A stretch of 64,000 nucleotides of DNA from assembly GCA_964016885.1 (NCBI GenBank), contig OZ024745.1, positions 69,006,001 to 69,070,000 of the forward strand, written 5' to 3'. The stretch is from Eledone cirrhosa. Its lineage: Eukaryota. Below are positions 36,711-50,515 of this stretch, in pieces. The notes below the pieces were generated by a model. It made no database searches. It saw only the letters and a list, made by a program, of their open reading frames with translations, and was not told the DNA's origin. How positions within the stretch are numbered: position 1 is the first letter of the stretch; the number at the start of each line of letters is the position of its first letter. The translations under genes and the position numbers were made by a program.

Positions 36711-38519
36711 AATCATTTAATTCCTAGACAGTAGAACTTGCAGTTTGATGTTTTGTTAAGAAAAGAGGCATTGTTATAGGTGTCAAGTTATATTTTATAT
36801 TATATACACATATATACACCAGGTCTGAACACAAAAGAACCAAACTCCCACAGTCATCGCCTCCGTCTTACCCGCTCTCCCCATCTCACTATTTTGTGTA
36901 AATGGGGGCTCGAAAATTACATAAAAAAATACACGTGTTTGTGGAATACCTAACCACAAAAACTATAATACAAGACGGCCTGTACTTGCAGTTCAAATGT
37001 CTAGCATTGCCACATATTGTTTTACGCTGATTCCCCTTAAGGGTACATGTGTCTGTGAAATATTATACCACTTACACATTAATTTACGAGTTGGACGTTC
37101 AGTTGATAGAACAACTAAATGCTCACCATCGAAATTGACGTAATATCTATCTATCTATATATAGAAAAGAAATATATCTACCTATATATAGAAAAATAAT
37201 GAAAAACAAGCCAATAACCCTAACAGAAAAACAGTTATAAATGATATAATCAGTATCTGTTTGATTCAATCTCGGATAATTATTTCAATTCAAAACGTAA
37301 ATAACGTAAACAAATCTCCTCTACTGATTTTTGCCAGATATGTTGTATATGATGCGATACAACTGATGTTCGTGTCGTAAGGGCACCGTAGTGACATACG
37401 CCGTTTCTAGGGCATTTAGAGCCTGGTGGAGCCCAACCTTCTCCTAGTTTGAATACAGCAAATTTCTTCCAAAGAAAAAAACAGAGAGTGAGAGAGAAGA
37501 AGTGAGAAAGAAATATAGAGGAAGAATCGACCCCAGTCATAGACTGGTACTTTTTTTTTATCGACATTGAATCGATGAAAGGCAAAGTCAACCTCGGCGG
37601 GATTTGAACTGAGAAAACAGAGAAAAGCGTCTTAACGACTCTGCCAATTCGCCACCTAGATATCCTGTATATAGTCGAGGTAAATATTTGATAAGTTTTA
37701 GACTATATTTTAGGTTAAATTTATGAGATCGACTATTACATGGTTACTACTATCGAATTCCACACTTTAATCCAAAATAATGTATCAATAAACATAAGCC
37801 CATATGTATTCTAAATTAATAAAAACAGAAAACAGCCAAATAAAATAAAAATGATGTTTCTACGCATGAAAATATACTTTCTATTATCAAAAACACATAA
37901 GACGGCGTAGCTCATAAATTATTTGTTACTTGTTTTGTTTATCAACGAAATAAGCTAACAAATGGCAATTACCTCCCTTACATCGACTTCCAAGCAAGAT
38001 TACGAACAAATGATAATATATTTCATACTGACAAGCAAGACTAGCTATTTTATTGACTTACAATTATATCTATTGATCGAAAAAGCATGCTTGAAGGATC
38101 AATGTATATAGATTAGCTAGAACAGGGCGGTGCTCCCATTAATGCCAAATTATAAGCTGCTTAGGGTACAGTCTTCATATGGGTGCTCTACTGAACATCA
38201 AGGGATCATAGTTTTATAAAAATTTGTATAATTAAATAAAATATATAATAATTTCATACGATCAATAAATAAATCGTTAAATATCTTTTTCGGATAACAG
38301 TGCTGTGGAAATATCGAAAGTGGTGAGGATGTCTATGGTTTTATAACCTGTAACATGATTTGACTTTGGCATAAGGGAGTGTGGACTGTGTAGCAGAAAA
38401 TGCAGGCTTCATAATTTTCTTAGTGTGGTCAGAGCATAAAGTGGCAAAAACTAGGTTCATATATTTTTCAAACTGTAAATTGTAATTATGTTAATTGGAG
38501 GATCACGTACACATCGTTG

Positions 38520-38671
38520 GACTAACCTAGGGCATTATATATCCAGGTGTCAACCCTGCATCCATTGTATGGCTAACCTAGGGCACTAAATATCTAGACG
38601 TCAGCCCTGCATCCATTGTAGGGCTAGCCTAGGGCATTGAATATCTAAATGTCAGCTCTGGTTCCATTGGA
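38520..38671. repeat. 51-bp tandem repeat x3
   Basis: (A/G)CCTAGGGCA motif recurring every 51 bp (near 38525, 38576, 38627). Confidence 0.85.
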
Positions 38672-39188
38672 GAGTGAAATAATAATTTTTTTTATGGATC
38701 CGACTATATATTTGAAAGACAAATATGCATGTAAATCATTAGGCCCCAAGTTCGATCCCACTAGATGGTATCTTAGGCATGTGTCATTAACCATAGGCTC
38801 GGGTCAATCCATCGCTTCTGATGGAAATTTTGCAGACCGAATTTTGTTTGGAACCCCATCAGATGGAATATATCTGTAATTCAATAAGCAAACTTTGTCA
38901 CACACTGTCTCGCTGAATCTCCCTGATAATTATGCTAAGGTTACACGCGTGTGTGGGATGTTCAATGAAGTACATGCTAATTTCATGGGCTACCAGTTCC
39001 CTTCATTAAATCACTGGACCACCCGTTGTCAAAACCCTCGGAAGATCATTCCATTCGCATGTGTGATCGCGTGCGAAAATAACAGCTTACTAAAGTTCAA
39101 GTCAAATATAATTTCTATTGATTTTTGCAGAATAAAGGCCTACAAAATCTCATAGGAGTTACCCAGGTTCTTGTGGATAAAACAACAT

Positions 39189-39390
39189 TAATAATGGTTT
39201 CTTATATAGGCACAAGGCCAGCAATTTTGCGGGAGGGGAAAGTCGGTTAAATCGACCCCAGTGCTTGACTGGTACTTTATTTTATCGACCCCATAAGGAT
39301 GAAAGGCAAAGTTAACCTTGGCGGAATTTGAACTCAGAATGTAAAAGTCCGTAACTACGCGGCCAAGCTTGTTGTCAGACGCTTTACCGA
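39189..39390 (-). mobile_element. Second-family SINE (long variant)
   Basis: Matches 35310-35530. Confidence 0.85.
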
Positions 39391-39493
39391 CAGATGTATA
39401 AATTATATATATGGACCCTTTAATACTAATGGCGTCGCAGGGGCGGAGCCCATACCTTCTCCAGGTTTGAATATCACCGATTTCTTCCTTCAT

Positions 39494-39530
<37 letters not shown>

Positions 39531-40304
39531 GACCCCAGTACTGTACTGCTACATTTTGTATCGACCCCGGCATGATGAAAGACAAAGTTCACATCGGTGG
39601 GTTTTGAACTCAGACCCCAGACACCATTCTCTGCGACATTCGAACGACTCTCAAATCGATGCTTTAGAAATATAAATACATAAATGGTTCTTCCAAAGGT
39701 GTCTACAGTAGGCATTAGTTGTAATAACTTATTAATTAACGTGTAAGTGGCTGAGTATTCCACAGACACATGTACTATTAACGCAGTTCTTAAACGGAAT
39801 CAGTGTGACACATTATTGACAAGGCTTGGCATTTGTCAAACAGGTTTCTACATCATTTTTGTCTAACTAATTTCATTCTCAAGGCTTGGGTTAATCGGAG
39901 GCAATGGTAAATGATATTTGCCCAGGATTCCATGCTGTAGGATCGAACCCGGGTTTCCCATGAGTGTGAAGCAACATTTTTAACCATTCAGTCATGATTG
40001 CATCTACTTCTAAATCTATAAAATAGGTCTTCACGAAAGACAATTTCAAAACAATAAATTTGTGTGCGTAGGCTTTTATCTAAAATACAACTCTTTATTA
40101 AAATGGCAAATTTTAAATGCTATACATACACTCACACACACATATATATAAAGCCAGACATAGCCTTGAATATTACCAGCTGACACCAAACATAGGTTAT
40201 TGAACTCAGACTATATAATTGTTGCACACACACACACACACACACATAAACCTCGTCAAATGTAATGCACATATATATATATATATAATCATCTCCCTCT
40301 CTCT

Positions 40305-40390
40305 CATGTATGTATGTATGTATGTATGTATGTATGTATGTATGTATGTATGTATGTATGTATGTATGTATGTGTGTGTGTGTGTGTATA
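40305..40390. repeat. (TATG)n tetranucleotide microsatellite
   Basis: Direct reading. Confidence 0.95.
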
Positions 40391-40618
40391 TAAATACATA
40401 CATACAATATATATATTTCATTCATCATATCTGTGCTATGTTATTATTTATCATCAAGAAAACATGACATCTTCAATGAAGATCTGATGTAGACTATAAT
40501 GGAATATGCGTTGTGATAATGGTGTTGTAGTGGTAGTGTTGTGGCATTGTGTTGGTGGTGATGGCGATGTGATGGTGTATATATGTGTTTATATATATGT
40601 ATGTATATAAATATGCGC

Positions 40619-40652
<34 letters not shown>

Positions 40653-42920
40653 GGCAAGCGTTGTTCTCACAATCGGATGCAGAAATCCGAACCTAGCGAG
40701 CCGTGGGACAAGGCTAAACCAGCCTTGGCAGGGGTCACAATATTTAATATAGCCAAAACCAACCATTCATGAGACAATGCAATTAGTGATTATTCCTACT
40801 GGCGTAAAGTATCTTGGGGTGGAGTCGCTACTATTAAGGCCAACTAGGTAGTCGCCCAGGGCGTAGACTTCAAATAAGTGCATGTTATTTACACCATTTA
40901 AAAAATAAAAAATAAACGAAAATAAAACAACACCAATAGGGTTACAATTCTTTTTGTCCGCCATAAAAATGCCGTCCTGTAGCATAACGACCCGACAGAC
41001 GTTTAACAGTTTATAAACTATACTTAAATTATTATAAGGTGTTAGAGTCAGAAAGGGTATGAGGTTGGGGAAAAAGTGCCTCAAATGGTCTCATCTAACC
41101 CATGCCAGCATATACAAAGCGTAGGTAATGTAGACGTCGATGGTAATGGCAACAACGATGACGACGATGGCAATGATGACGTCACCGATCGTGATGATGA
41201 TGATAACGACGATGATGATGATGATGATTATAACGGCGACGGCGGCGACGACAAGGATGATAATGATGATATATCGCGAATTTGTTTTTCAGGGAAAGGG
41301 TCTGACACCTCGTTGTTTGACCTATATTGGTTCGACAAAGCAAAAGAAAGGAGAAAGGAATTGAAAATAAGAAGATACTCGGCCATAATAGATCAGCAGC
41401 AATTTATTATTCGCTGAAGCGTTAGAACATCTGACAAAACTCTTTAAGGTTGAGTAATGCATTACTGAACCTTAAAGGATAATAGGTTTTATATAGATTT
41501 GCATAATTAAATTAAATATATAATAATTTCCTGCCATCAATAAATACATCGCTAAACATGTTTGCCGAGTAGCAGCCTTGTGGAAATATACAAGGGGTTG
41601 ATGTAGTAGAGAAGGTCGTATGGTATTATGACTTGTACCAGGATTTGGCGAGGGTGAGTGTGGACTGCCAGACCTGACAACTCTCCCCGCCCGACGGGGG
41701 GATCTGTCACTCACTTTGGGGGGTGGGTGAAAGATGTCATCTCTTGTGAAAATGGGTATAGCTTTCATTATGTAAAATCTTGCCCTTTTGCCTCATTTCT
41801 CCCCTTTTGGGGCATTTCTTGGACCTCCTCGTTTCGGGTTTTAGAGGTGTAGCCGGAGGCATTCGGACTTACCTTGCGTCTTTGAATCACTTTGGCGAGA
41901 ATCGTTCCACTCTTCATGTGGAGGTACTTCCAACAGCGCTGCCTTCACATGACACGTCTCCCCATCATGCCAACTGCCAACCCAACTGCCCACCGCTTGG
42001 TCTCCTCCTTCCAGTCAGGTGTTCCCAACTTCCGGCAATCCCCCTCCCACGGCAGCTCTACACGCCCCCTTTAACTCACGGTAGCCCCACAAGAGGTTGG
42101 CAGGTTTGGTCTGTGTAGTAGAAAAATGCAGGCTTAGTGTGGTCAGATCATGACCTAGGTTTATCAACTCACCAAACCGTAGTTTGAAATTATTTTAATT
42201 GGGAGAATGGGGTTCATATTTAGGAGAACGGATTCATCTTGTAAGAGTATCGAAGGGAGTTAAATCCCCAGGTCCCATCTCTAGATGGAAATTTGGTTGT
42301 GGCGAGCGTAGACTGTAGCCGAATAATCACACGAGATAGATAACTACCTAAAATAATAAAAAATCATTGATTCATATAAATTAACGATAGCACTAACACA
42401 GTATGGTTCAGAATACATGCGTATTTGAACCGAGATATACTATGGTTACGTACAATAAACACATTTAGTATCGCTGTGATCATGATATATTTATTTCAGG
42501 ATTACGGTAAGGGCGGAGGTTGCATTCCACTGTCGTTACAGCTCGTCTTGCTGCATTCTAAGGTGTGATCATGTCCCAGCTCCCTAAGCATATGAGCAAG
42601 CCGGTAGATGCATGTATTTCACTGTCATAAAAATTCATGGTCACTTGCTTATTTACTCGTATTTGAATATTCATAAAGATATAGTACATAGATACACATA
42701 GACCTTTCTTTTGAATCATACTAAAATAATATATACTGGTCAAGATTGCACCGTATATAAATAGGCGTTCACCAAGAGTAGTTTGTTTACAAAACCTATA
42801 AGAAGATACTGTCTTCGATACCCGAGTATCTGAAGCGGTAGTAAGCAAATGTTGAGGAAATATGATGGCAATAAAATGTATCCCTAGCTTTTACCCCGAT
42901 ACTGAAGTATCACGTAAACG

Positions 42921-43362
42921 AAATAATTGTTTCTACTTTAGGCACAAGGCCAGCAATTACCCTGTGCATTACTGGTACTTTATTTTATCGACTCCGTAAG
43001 GATGAAAAGCAAAGACAATCTCGGCGGGATTTGAAATCAATAATTGTTTCTACTTTAGGCACAAGGCCAGCAATTACCCAGTGCATTACTGGTACTTTAT
43101 TTTATCGACCCCGTAAGGATGAAAGGCAAAGTCAACCTCGGCGGGATTTGAACCAAATAATTGTTTCTACTTTAGGCACAAGACCAGCAATTACCCAGTA
43201 CATTACTGGTACTTTATTTTATCGACCCCGTAAGGATGAAAGGCAAAGTCAACCTCGGCGGGATTTGAACTCAAATAATTGTTTCTACTTTAGGCACAAG
43301 GCCAGCAATTACCAAGTACATTACTGGTACTTTATTTTATCGACCGCGTAAGGATGAAAGGC
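42921..43362 (-). repeat. Head-to-tail tandem array of four ~117-bp SINE 3' halves
   Basis: Units start near 42922, 43039, 43156 and 43274; each of the first three ends at the B box (GGGATTTGAA). Confidence 0.92.
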
Positions 43363-44773
43363 CAAAAAACGAAATAATATTTGAATATACAATAACATGT
43401 ACGTATTAAATATACATATCACAATGAATAAATATATATATTCTCTTACCTTCCCCGGACACGGATCACGTTTCTAGTGGATATAAGAGCATACAGTTAT
43501 ACCATCGCACGACAGTGACGTAACCTCTTCGTTACAGATTTCATACACGTAACCTTGCCACAATATAGGATAGAAGTATACAATTAAGGGTGAAACATGT
43601 CATCAATTTCTGCAGAAAGTTGAGCTCTGTTACTGTAAAGATTTACATGTGGAGAAGTTGCTTTTGACTTGTGCCATAACAGCATGTTTTGACTCAGTAA
43701 CAATATCTTACAAGTCTTCCTATTGCATACTGAAAATGAGTGTCTAATTTTGATATCTTACAGTTACTGAAAACATGATTCATATCCGGGAAAGATAATG
43801 GGTTATATATATTGTTATATATGTATATCATTTCGATTAAACACTATATACACTATATACATATGTAAATATCGAGCGATTGCTATTGTGTGTATATTGT
43901 GTCCACGACCCACCGATCGACAGACAGGCAGACTACTATCACCAAGCCTGTCACTGAACCCACTACCACTGACAAAACACAAGGATTTGACAGCGATGAT
44001 ACGTACACACACAACCCCCTCCCACTACTCTAGTATAGAAGAACTCTTTTGAACTTCATCTGACCGAATCAATTCCGCAAGTACATGTGCCCGATAGAGT
44101 ATTTCAGTTGTACGCACACGGTAAACAACGAAGGCCACTTGTCCTTCTCCGACACAACTTTTCTCCTCGGAAAGTCCCCTGTTGATGGATATGAAATCCG
44201 AAATATAGGGACTATTAAATCGCTTCCAAGGTAACTCTCTCTCGTGTTATTATTTTTTACAGTTTTCCTACGTTCTTTTACGCTCTCTGCATTTCTTTCT
44301 ACGCTTCCTCTTACATCTATCTCTCATTACCACCTGATTGGTGCAAATCCCCTAAGGTCACGTGTTACCGAAAGGAAAGGGGCCCTTTACCATTTATATA
44401 TATATGGAGGAAGTTATAGTTCACTTGAAGCATTGTGTAATGAGGTATAAACGTTTGTATTTGTAAAGCCAAAACAATGCAGGTATGGACATAGAATATA
44501 AATGCAAATGCAAAAGATATTGTTGACAATTAGTCTTTTACCTTAAATTTATTTAAATGTCCTTAATTTTCAAGATAATATCTCTTCTTCGGAGGGAAGT
44601 AAAGCGGTTAAACCAGTGTTCTAAATAGCTTGCCATGTCATGCTGACAGGAAATAGTAAAGAGTAGTCTCCCTTTAAAAGGGCTTTTGTACATGTATGTT
44701 TAAGTGTGTGGGAGAATACGTGAAGGTGTAAGTATATGTGTGTGTGTGTGTGAGTGTGAGAAGATATGTCTAT

Positions 44774-47047
44774 CTCCCTTGTTCCACAACTCGCGGAAAC
44801 CCCAGAACCTCTGCCCAGAGTTATCTCCGTCGCTATAGACAGGTCATACCACCATCGCCGAGACTACGAGAAAATAAGCCTAATGCAAAAATTTCTCAAA
44901 CTCAGCACGGCTAACCGTCTTAACAACATCGCAACTCTAAGCACCAACAGAGGCGAACAAGACGATACCAACACCGAACCTAGCGGCGTCCCGACCAACA
45001 ACACACCTGACGCAAAATACCTCGTCACAGACTTGACAGGATCCCTCTCCCGAGAGAAATTAGACCTCCTCAGCGTGGGTCTCAAGTTCATATTGAAACA
45101 GAGACTGGGCGACAAATTATGGCTCGATATAGAAACGAATTTCTGTCGGGCTGCCTACCAACTAAAATGGATATCGACTCTCGGCAACAACACCACGGAA
45201 TCTAACAAACCCAGATTCCCGATATACCAACTGGATCGACCACTCTGTCCACCGCCTGCCAACCGCGAGCTTGAAGAAAAACTCCCGAGGCTAAAACATT
45301 CCGTATTTAACATCTTACGGAAACAGAAGAAGATGGCCCCAAACCTCTCCAGGACACAACAACTCGCCCTGAAGAACCTACGGAATAGGGAACTTATATA
45401 CTTACCATCCGACAAAGGTAAAGAGTTTTGCGTCATCTCTCAAGCCACATACAACAACCTAGCCTTTGAACACCTAAGCGACAATGAACTATATACAGAG
45501 ATCCCGGACATGACTGCAGCCCAGATCGAAAAAAAACCAACTCCATCTGGTTCGACATCTGTAGGAGAAGACAACTCCCAAATAAAGTTAAGCTCAATTA
45601 CACCACTAGAAATAGCAGACTGCCCACTTTCTACCACCTCATCAAGACCCACAAGAACAGTACTATGACACAAATAAGACCCATCGTCTCTAGCATAGAA
45701 GGACCCCTATACAAAATCTCCTGGCTCCTCTCCCAGGTCCTCAAGCCTCTACTCTCCACCTTTTCCAGGCATGTCAGTAGCTCCGACGAAGTCATACGTA
45801 GACTACACCAACTCCAGCCAGAACAACTTAAACTAAATAGATACGCCTTTAGCCTCGACGTTGTCTCCCTCTACACTACAGTCCCCGCTCATCCAGCTGT
45901 GACGGACTGCGAGGTCGCAGAGGACATCCACTGCTACGGCCTCCGTCCGACGGACATACACCAGCTTTTGTCCTTCACAGTGGACAACACGTACTGCACC
46001 TTCCACCACCACACATACAGACAGACAACAGGATTACCCATGGGATCCAGCCTATCGGGCCTGCTGGCCATCACCTATATGAACCAGCTAGAATGCCGAG
46101 CCCTCAATACCTGCCATTCCCATACCTTCTTCACCCGATATGTAGATGACATACTCATCCTTACATCATCCCGCGAGGAGGCGGATAAAATATACACGAC
46201 ATTCTCCAGCATGGACGCCAGTATAAAGTTCAGCATGGAACACCCCGATGACCGAGGATCCCTATCCCTACTGGACTTCCAACTCAGGGTAACAGAGGAA
46301 GGCAACATCCACACCTGCTTCTATAAAAAAGCCGCCAGCAGGGACCTGTTCGTACATTTCAGATCGGCCCTCCCAGCCGGCGCTAAGTTCGGATACATAA
46401 GGAACGAACTAACACGTATCCGGAACAAATGTACCGACGCTAGAGACCGAGACACACACACCACACATTTCCTGGAAGTACTCAAACTGAACGGATACCC
46501 GACATCCACCACGAACCGTGCAAGATAGAACAGAGGACACCACACCCGAGGCACTGACACCTGCTTTCTGAAGCTCCTACACTTCAGTGACGAAACAAGA
46601 ACAGCCATCCGCAGAGCTATCAGACGTGAGGGACTAGATATCCAACTAGCCCGCTCAGGACCTTCTCTACGTGGACAGCTAACCAAAAGACACTCCACCA
46701 GACATGACAGCCGCTGCAGGCTAGCCAACATTCCCATCAACGACACAGACCTAAGCTACCACGCTTTCGTCGTATACAGACTAGAGTGTGACAAATGCAG
46801 CAACTTCTACGTAGGTAGCACCACCAGACCACTCCACATAAGAATAAAAGAACACTTCAATACTAACGCTTCCTCATTTAAGAAACACCTAGTTAAATGC
46901 AAAAACACCGACAAAACCATAACAGTTAGAATAGAAACCAAGGAAAGAAACCTCGGCAATCTTAGAATTAAGGAAGCACTAATTATAGACAAAACACAAC
47001 CACCAATCAATAATAGACTAGAACTCAACACCCAATTTATAACTTGA
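44774..47047 (+). pseudogene. PLE polyprotein (RT plus GIY-YIG), one frameshift near 45535 and one TAG at 46526
   Basis: Joins ORFs 44766-45668 and 45665-46528 and the read-through to TGA at 47045-47047. The ATG at 44766 comes from the inverted pLTR, so the true N-terminus is truncated. Confidence 0.9.
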
Positions 47048-47423
47048 TAGGCATCTAGCCCCATACTTACACCCCCCACACACGTACGCGCACACACACA
47101 CACACACACACAGGCTTACACCTCCACTTATTCTCTCTCACACACACACATACACACAGAAAGAGCAATTCTAACACGAGAGAGCATCTATCCCCCACAT
47201 TTACGTATAGACATATCTTCTCATACTCACACACATACTTACACCTTCACGTATTCTCCCATACACTTAAACATACATGTACAAAAGCCCTTTTAAAGGG
47301 AGACTACTCTTTATCCACCTAACCTTAACTCTTTGACATTAGAGATAGAACAGATACTCTATACCATTTCCTGTCAGCATGACTTGGCAAGCTATTTAGA
47401 ACCCTGGTTTAACCGCTTTACTT

Positions 47424-47460
47424 CCCTTCGAAGAAGAGATATTATCTCGAAAATTAAGGA
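47424..47460 (+). ncRNA. Minimal hammerhead-like motif in PLE pLTR (mirror copy on minus strand at about 44559-44597)
   Basis: CCU-(C/U)CGAAGA-AGAGAUAUUAUCUC-GAAA-AUUA^AGG. Variant core (CCGA in the left copy, UCGA in the right), palindromic AAUU stem III, 3-bp stem I. Confidence 0.5.
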
Positions 47461-47769
47461 CATTTAAATAAATTTAAGGTAAAAGACTAATTGTCAACAA
47501 TATCTTTTGCATTTGCATTTATATTCTATGTCCATACCTGCATTGTTTTGGCTTTACAAATACAAACGTTTATATATATATTTATATATATATATATACT
47601 AGAAGAAATACTGTCCCCCCCCCCATCTGTTTTCTTATAGAATAATGTGTATGTATGTTTTGTACCGACGTACGAAAAGGGAAAACTACATCTTTGACGT
47701 ACGAATGATACGAACCCACATCGATATGACTGAATTAGAAGTTTATTTAATTACATATTACCACAATCA

Positions 47770-47960
47770 TTCCATGATGTCGAGTCTGTGGCAGTAGAGA
47801 CGTCTGGCATTCTTGGCCCCCGGATCACAGCCATACTGACTATTATTAGGGTGGAGTTGGGTCCCTGCAAGTGCGAACCCCGCCAGGTGGAGTGGCTGTT
47901 CTAACCCGTCTCCCTACCCCTCTTCCAAATCAATGTCTTCTCCATTCTGTCGGCCATGAC
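47770..47960 (+). mobile_element. CRE-like RLE non-LTR retrotransposon 3' fragment
   Basis: SVAVETSGILGP.....CEPRQVEWLF*PVSL....NVFSILS resembles the CRE C-terminus (PVAVET.G..G...PRE..WLFQR.S....GN...IL). Confidence 0.6.
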
Positions 47961-48028
47961 CACGAGGCGGACAGACTCCTGAATAATGAATTGTATATAC
48001 AGATCACAGAAACACAAACACAGAGAGA

Positions 48029-48077
<49 letters not shown>

Positions 48078-48497
48078 ATTCTCGTGCTATATTTCAAGAG
48101 ATCAATGAACTAAGTGTTGTAGTTTACACAAACGATCAATACAGTGTGCCATATGTGATTAAGCAGAGAAGTGATAAGAACCAGATCTACAAGTGATGTC
48201 AAACGTAATAACCAAGATTTAACTGAAACCACAGATCGCAGCAACTCCGATGATATTCGAACTAATACAGACTTTCGAATAAATCAGTTTCTTTATCGAT
48301 TCTAGACGGACACGGTAGAGTTAATCACTTCTACTAAATAGGTAGAACAACTTTTGTGGCGTCTGAACGATACGAACTCATACCAACATGATTGAGTTGG
48401 CGGTTTTATTATTTAATACTTAAATACTATTTTAATTGTTTCAACCTACGGGGCTGGGTTACGTTCCATAGTGCGGTTGTGTGAGTGTATATATATA

Positions 48498-48837
48498 TAT
48501 CATCATCATTTCATTTTACGTCCGCTTTTCCCTGCTTGCAAGGGTAGGACAGGAACTGATTCTGGCTTGATTTCTACAGCTGGATGCCCTTCCTAACACC
48601 AACCTCATTTACAGTGAGTGCTGGGTGCTTTTTTGCCGTGGCACCTCCACGACCACTTTGCAGTGGAATAACATGGACCCCAGTCCCTATCATCTCATTT
48701 CTACAGCTGAGTAAACTGGAGCAATGTGAAATAAAGTGTCTTGCTCAAGGAAACAACACATCACCCGGTCTTAGAATTGAACTCACAACCTTTTGATTGC
48801 AAGGCCAATGCTCTAACCACTAAGCCATGTGCCTCCA
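48498..48837 (-). mobile_element. CORE-type SINE, near-identical to 2546-2888
   Basis: Collinear over about 340 bp with few substitutions. Confidence 0.88.
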
Positions 48838-48847
48838 TATATACATA

Positions 48848-48925
48848 CAGAGTTTCCCCCCAAAATGTATACACATATTTATTAGAATGGTGTTGAAATG
48901 TTTATACATTTTTGGGGACACACTG
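48848..48925. mobile_element. Tc1/mariner-type MITE (~78 bp)
   Basis: TA-CAGAGTTTCCCCCCAAAATGTATACACAT ... ATGTTTATACATTTTTGGGGACACACTG; CAG..CTG termini. Confidence 0.7.
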
Positions 48926-49067
48926 TGTACACACACACACATACACATATATACATTAAAGTGTTCGCTCCTACATAGCTGTATACATATAGGTATGTGT
49001 ATGATTATTCGTAAACACCAAATACACACACACAACACACACACATATATATATATATGTTTGCATG

Positions 49068-49579
<512 letters not shown>

Positions 49580-50404
49580 TTAATACAACAACAGAGAAAG
49601 CTTTACGCTAAACTCCGACTGGTAACCATCTCACTCAACAAACATTAGGTTATACGTTAGTATAAACCCAATTTAGTGTCTGGGGTGCTAACTATATGTA
49701 TTTTGTGGAAAGCCAGTTGTATTATTTTATATGAGATATAATTAAAATTAAAATATATCTCTCTTTCCAAACAATTGTTTCACTATAAGTATTCTACAAG
49801 TTGGGAGAATATTTCCAGTTTATGTAGAAGCCTAATATATTTTCATGTAAGAATACAATTAGGTGGGCACTTATAAATCGTCAGTGGAAGCCCATTAAAC
49901 TTTGATATAATAAAAATTTCTTACCGCAGTTAATTTTCGTGTCTGCTAATTTGTCCCTTCACGCATCGAATGACCGCCAAATTTGAAATTCCAGCAGTCT
50001 TTTGACTGAGGAAGTATCATAGCGTCATGAAGCGGGAAAGGGAGACAATCACGAGTCACGAGAAAAGAAAAATAATATACACGTGGGTTAATTAGTTTTT
50101 TCCAAAACATTATCAATCCTTCGTGTTAAGAACTCAATTAATTTAAAAAAAATAAATGTATGCGTGTATTAATTACACACGCATATAGATATTTTCTTAG
50201 GCTAAAAACAGAGAAGTGATACCTGAATAACGAACAATATCTCACCACTGTAACAAATACGGAAAGTTACGCCTTAAAAGACATTTGGGAATGTAAATCT
50301 CTGGCCAAATTAAGAGTAAAATATTTAATACACGAGGGTTAATTAGTTATTTCAAAACCAATATCAATTCCGCGTGTTAAGAACTCAATTAATTAAAAAA
50401 ATAA

Positions 50405-50456
<52 letters not shown>

Positions 50457-50515
50457 CGGGGATGAATTAGTTTTGCGAGGTTTTTTATATGAAATCGTGT
50501 GTCAAAACAAATATT

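Larger units (their letters stand above)
44446..47574 (+). mobile_element. Penelope-like element with inverted pseudo-LTR (44446-44773 inverted copy of 47207-47574)
   Basis: ORF region with SDKG, FYHLIKTHK, RPIVS, SLDVVSLYT, GLPMGS, RYVDD and VVY..C..C..YVG..R..EH (GIY-YIG). Left terminus is the reverse complement of the right terminus with a ~50-bp deletion; right end in (TA)n. Confidence 0.95.

Noticed and set aside
41640-42118. GC-richer segment with several short ORFs, possibly an L1/Tx1 3' end
   Set aside because: No diagnostic motif could be read with confidence.
42921-43362. CRISPR-like regularly spaced repeat
   Set aside because: The units are contiguous SINE fragments with no unique spacers, there are no cas genes, and the context is eukaryotic.
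46526-46528. Selenocysteine read-through in the PLE ORF
   Set aside because: The in-frame stop is TAG, not TGA, and no SECIS was recognised; most likely a decay mutation.
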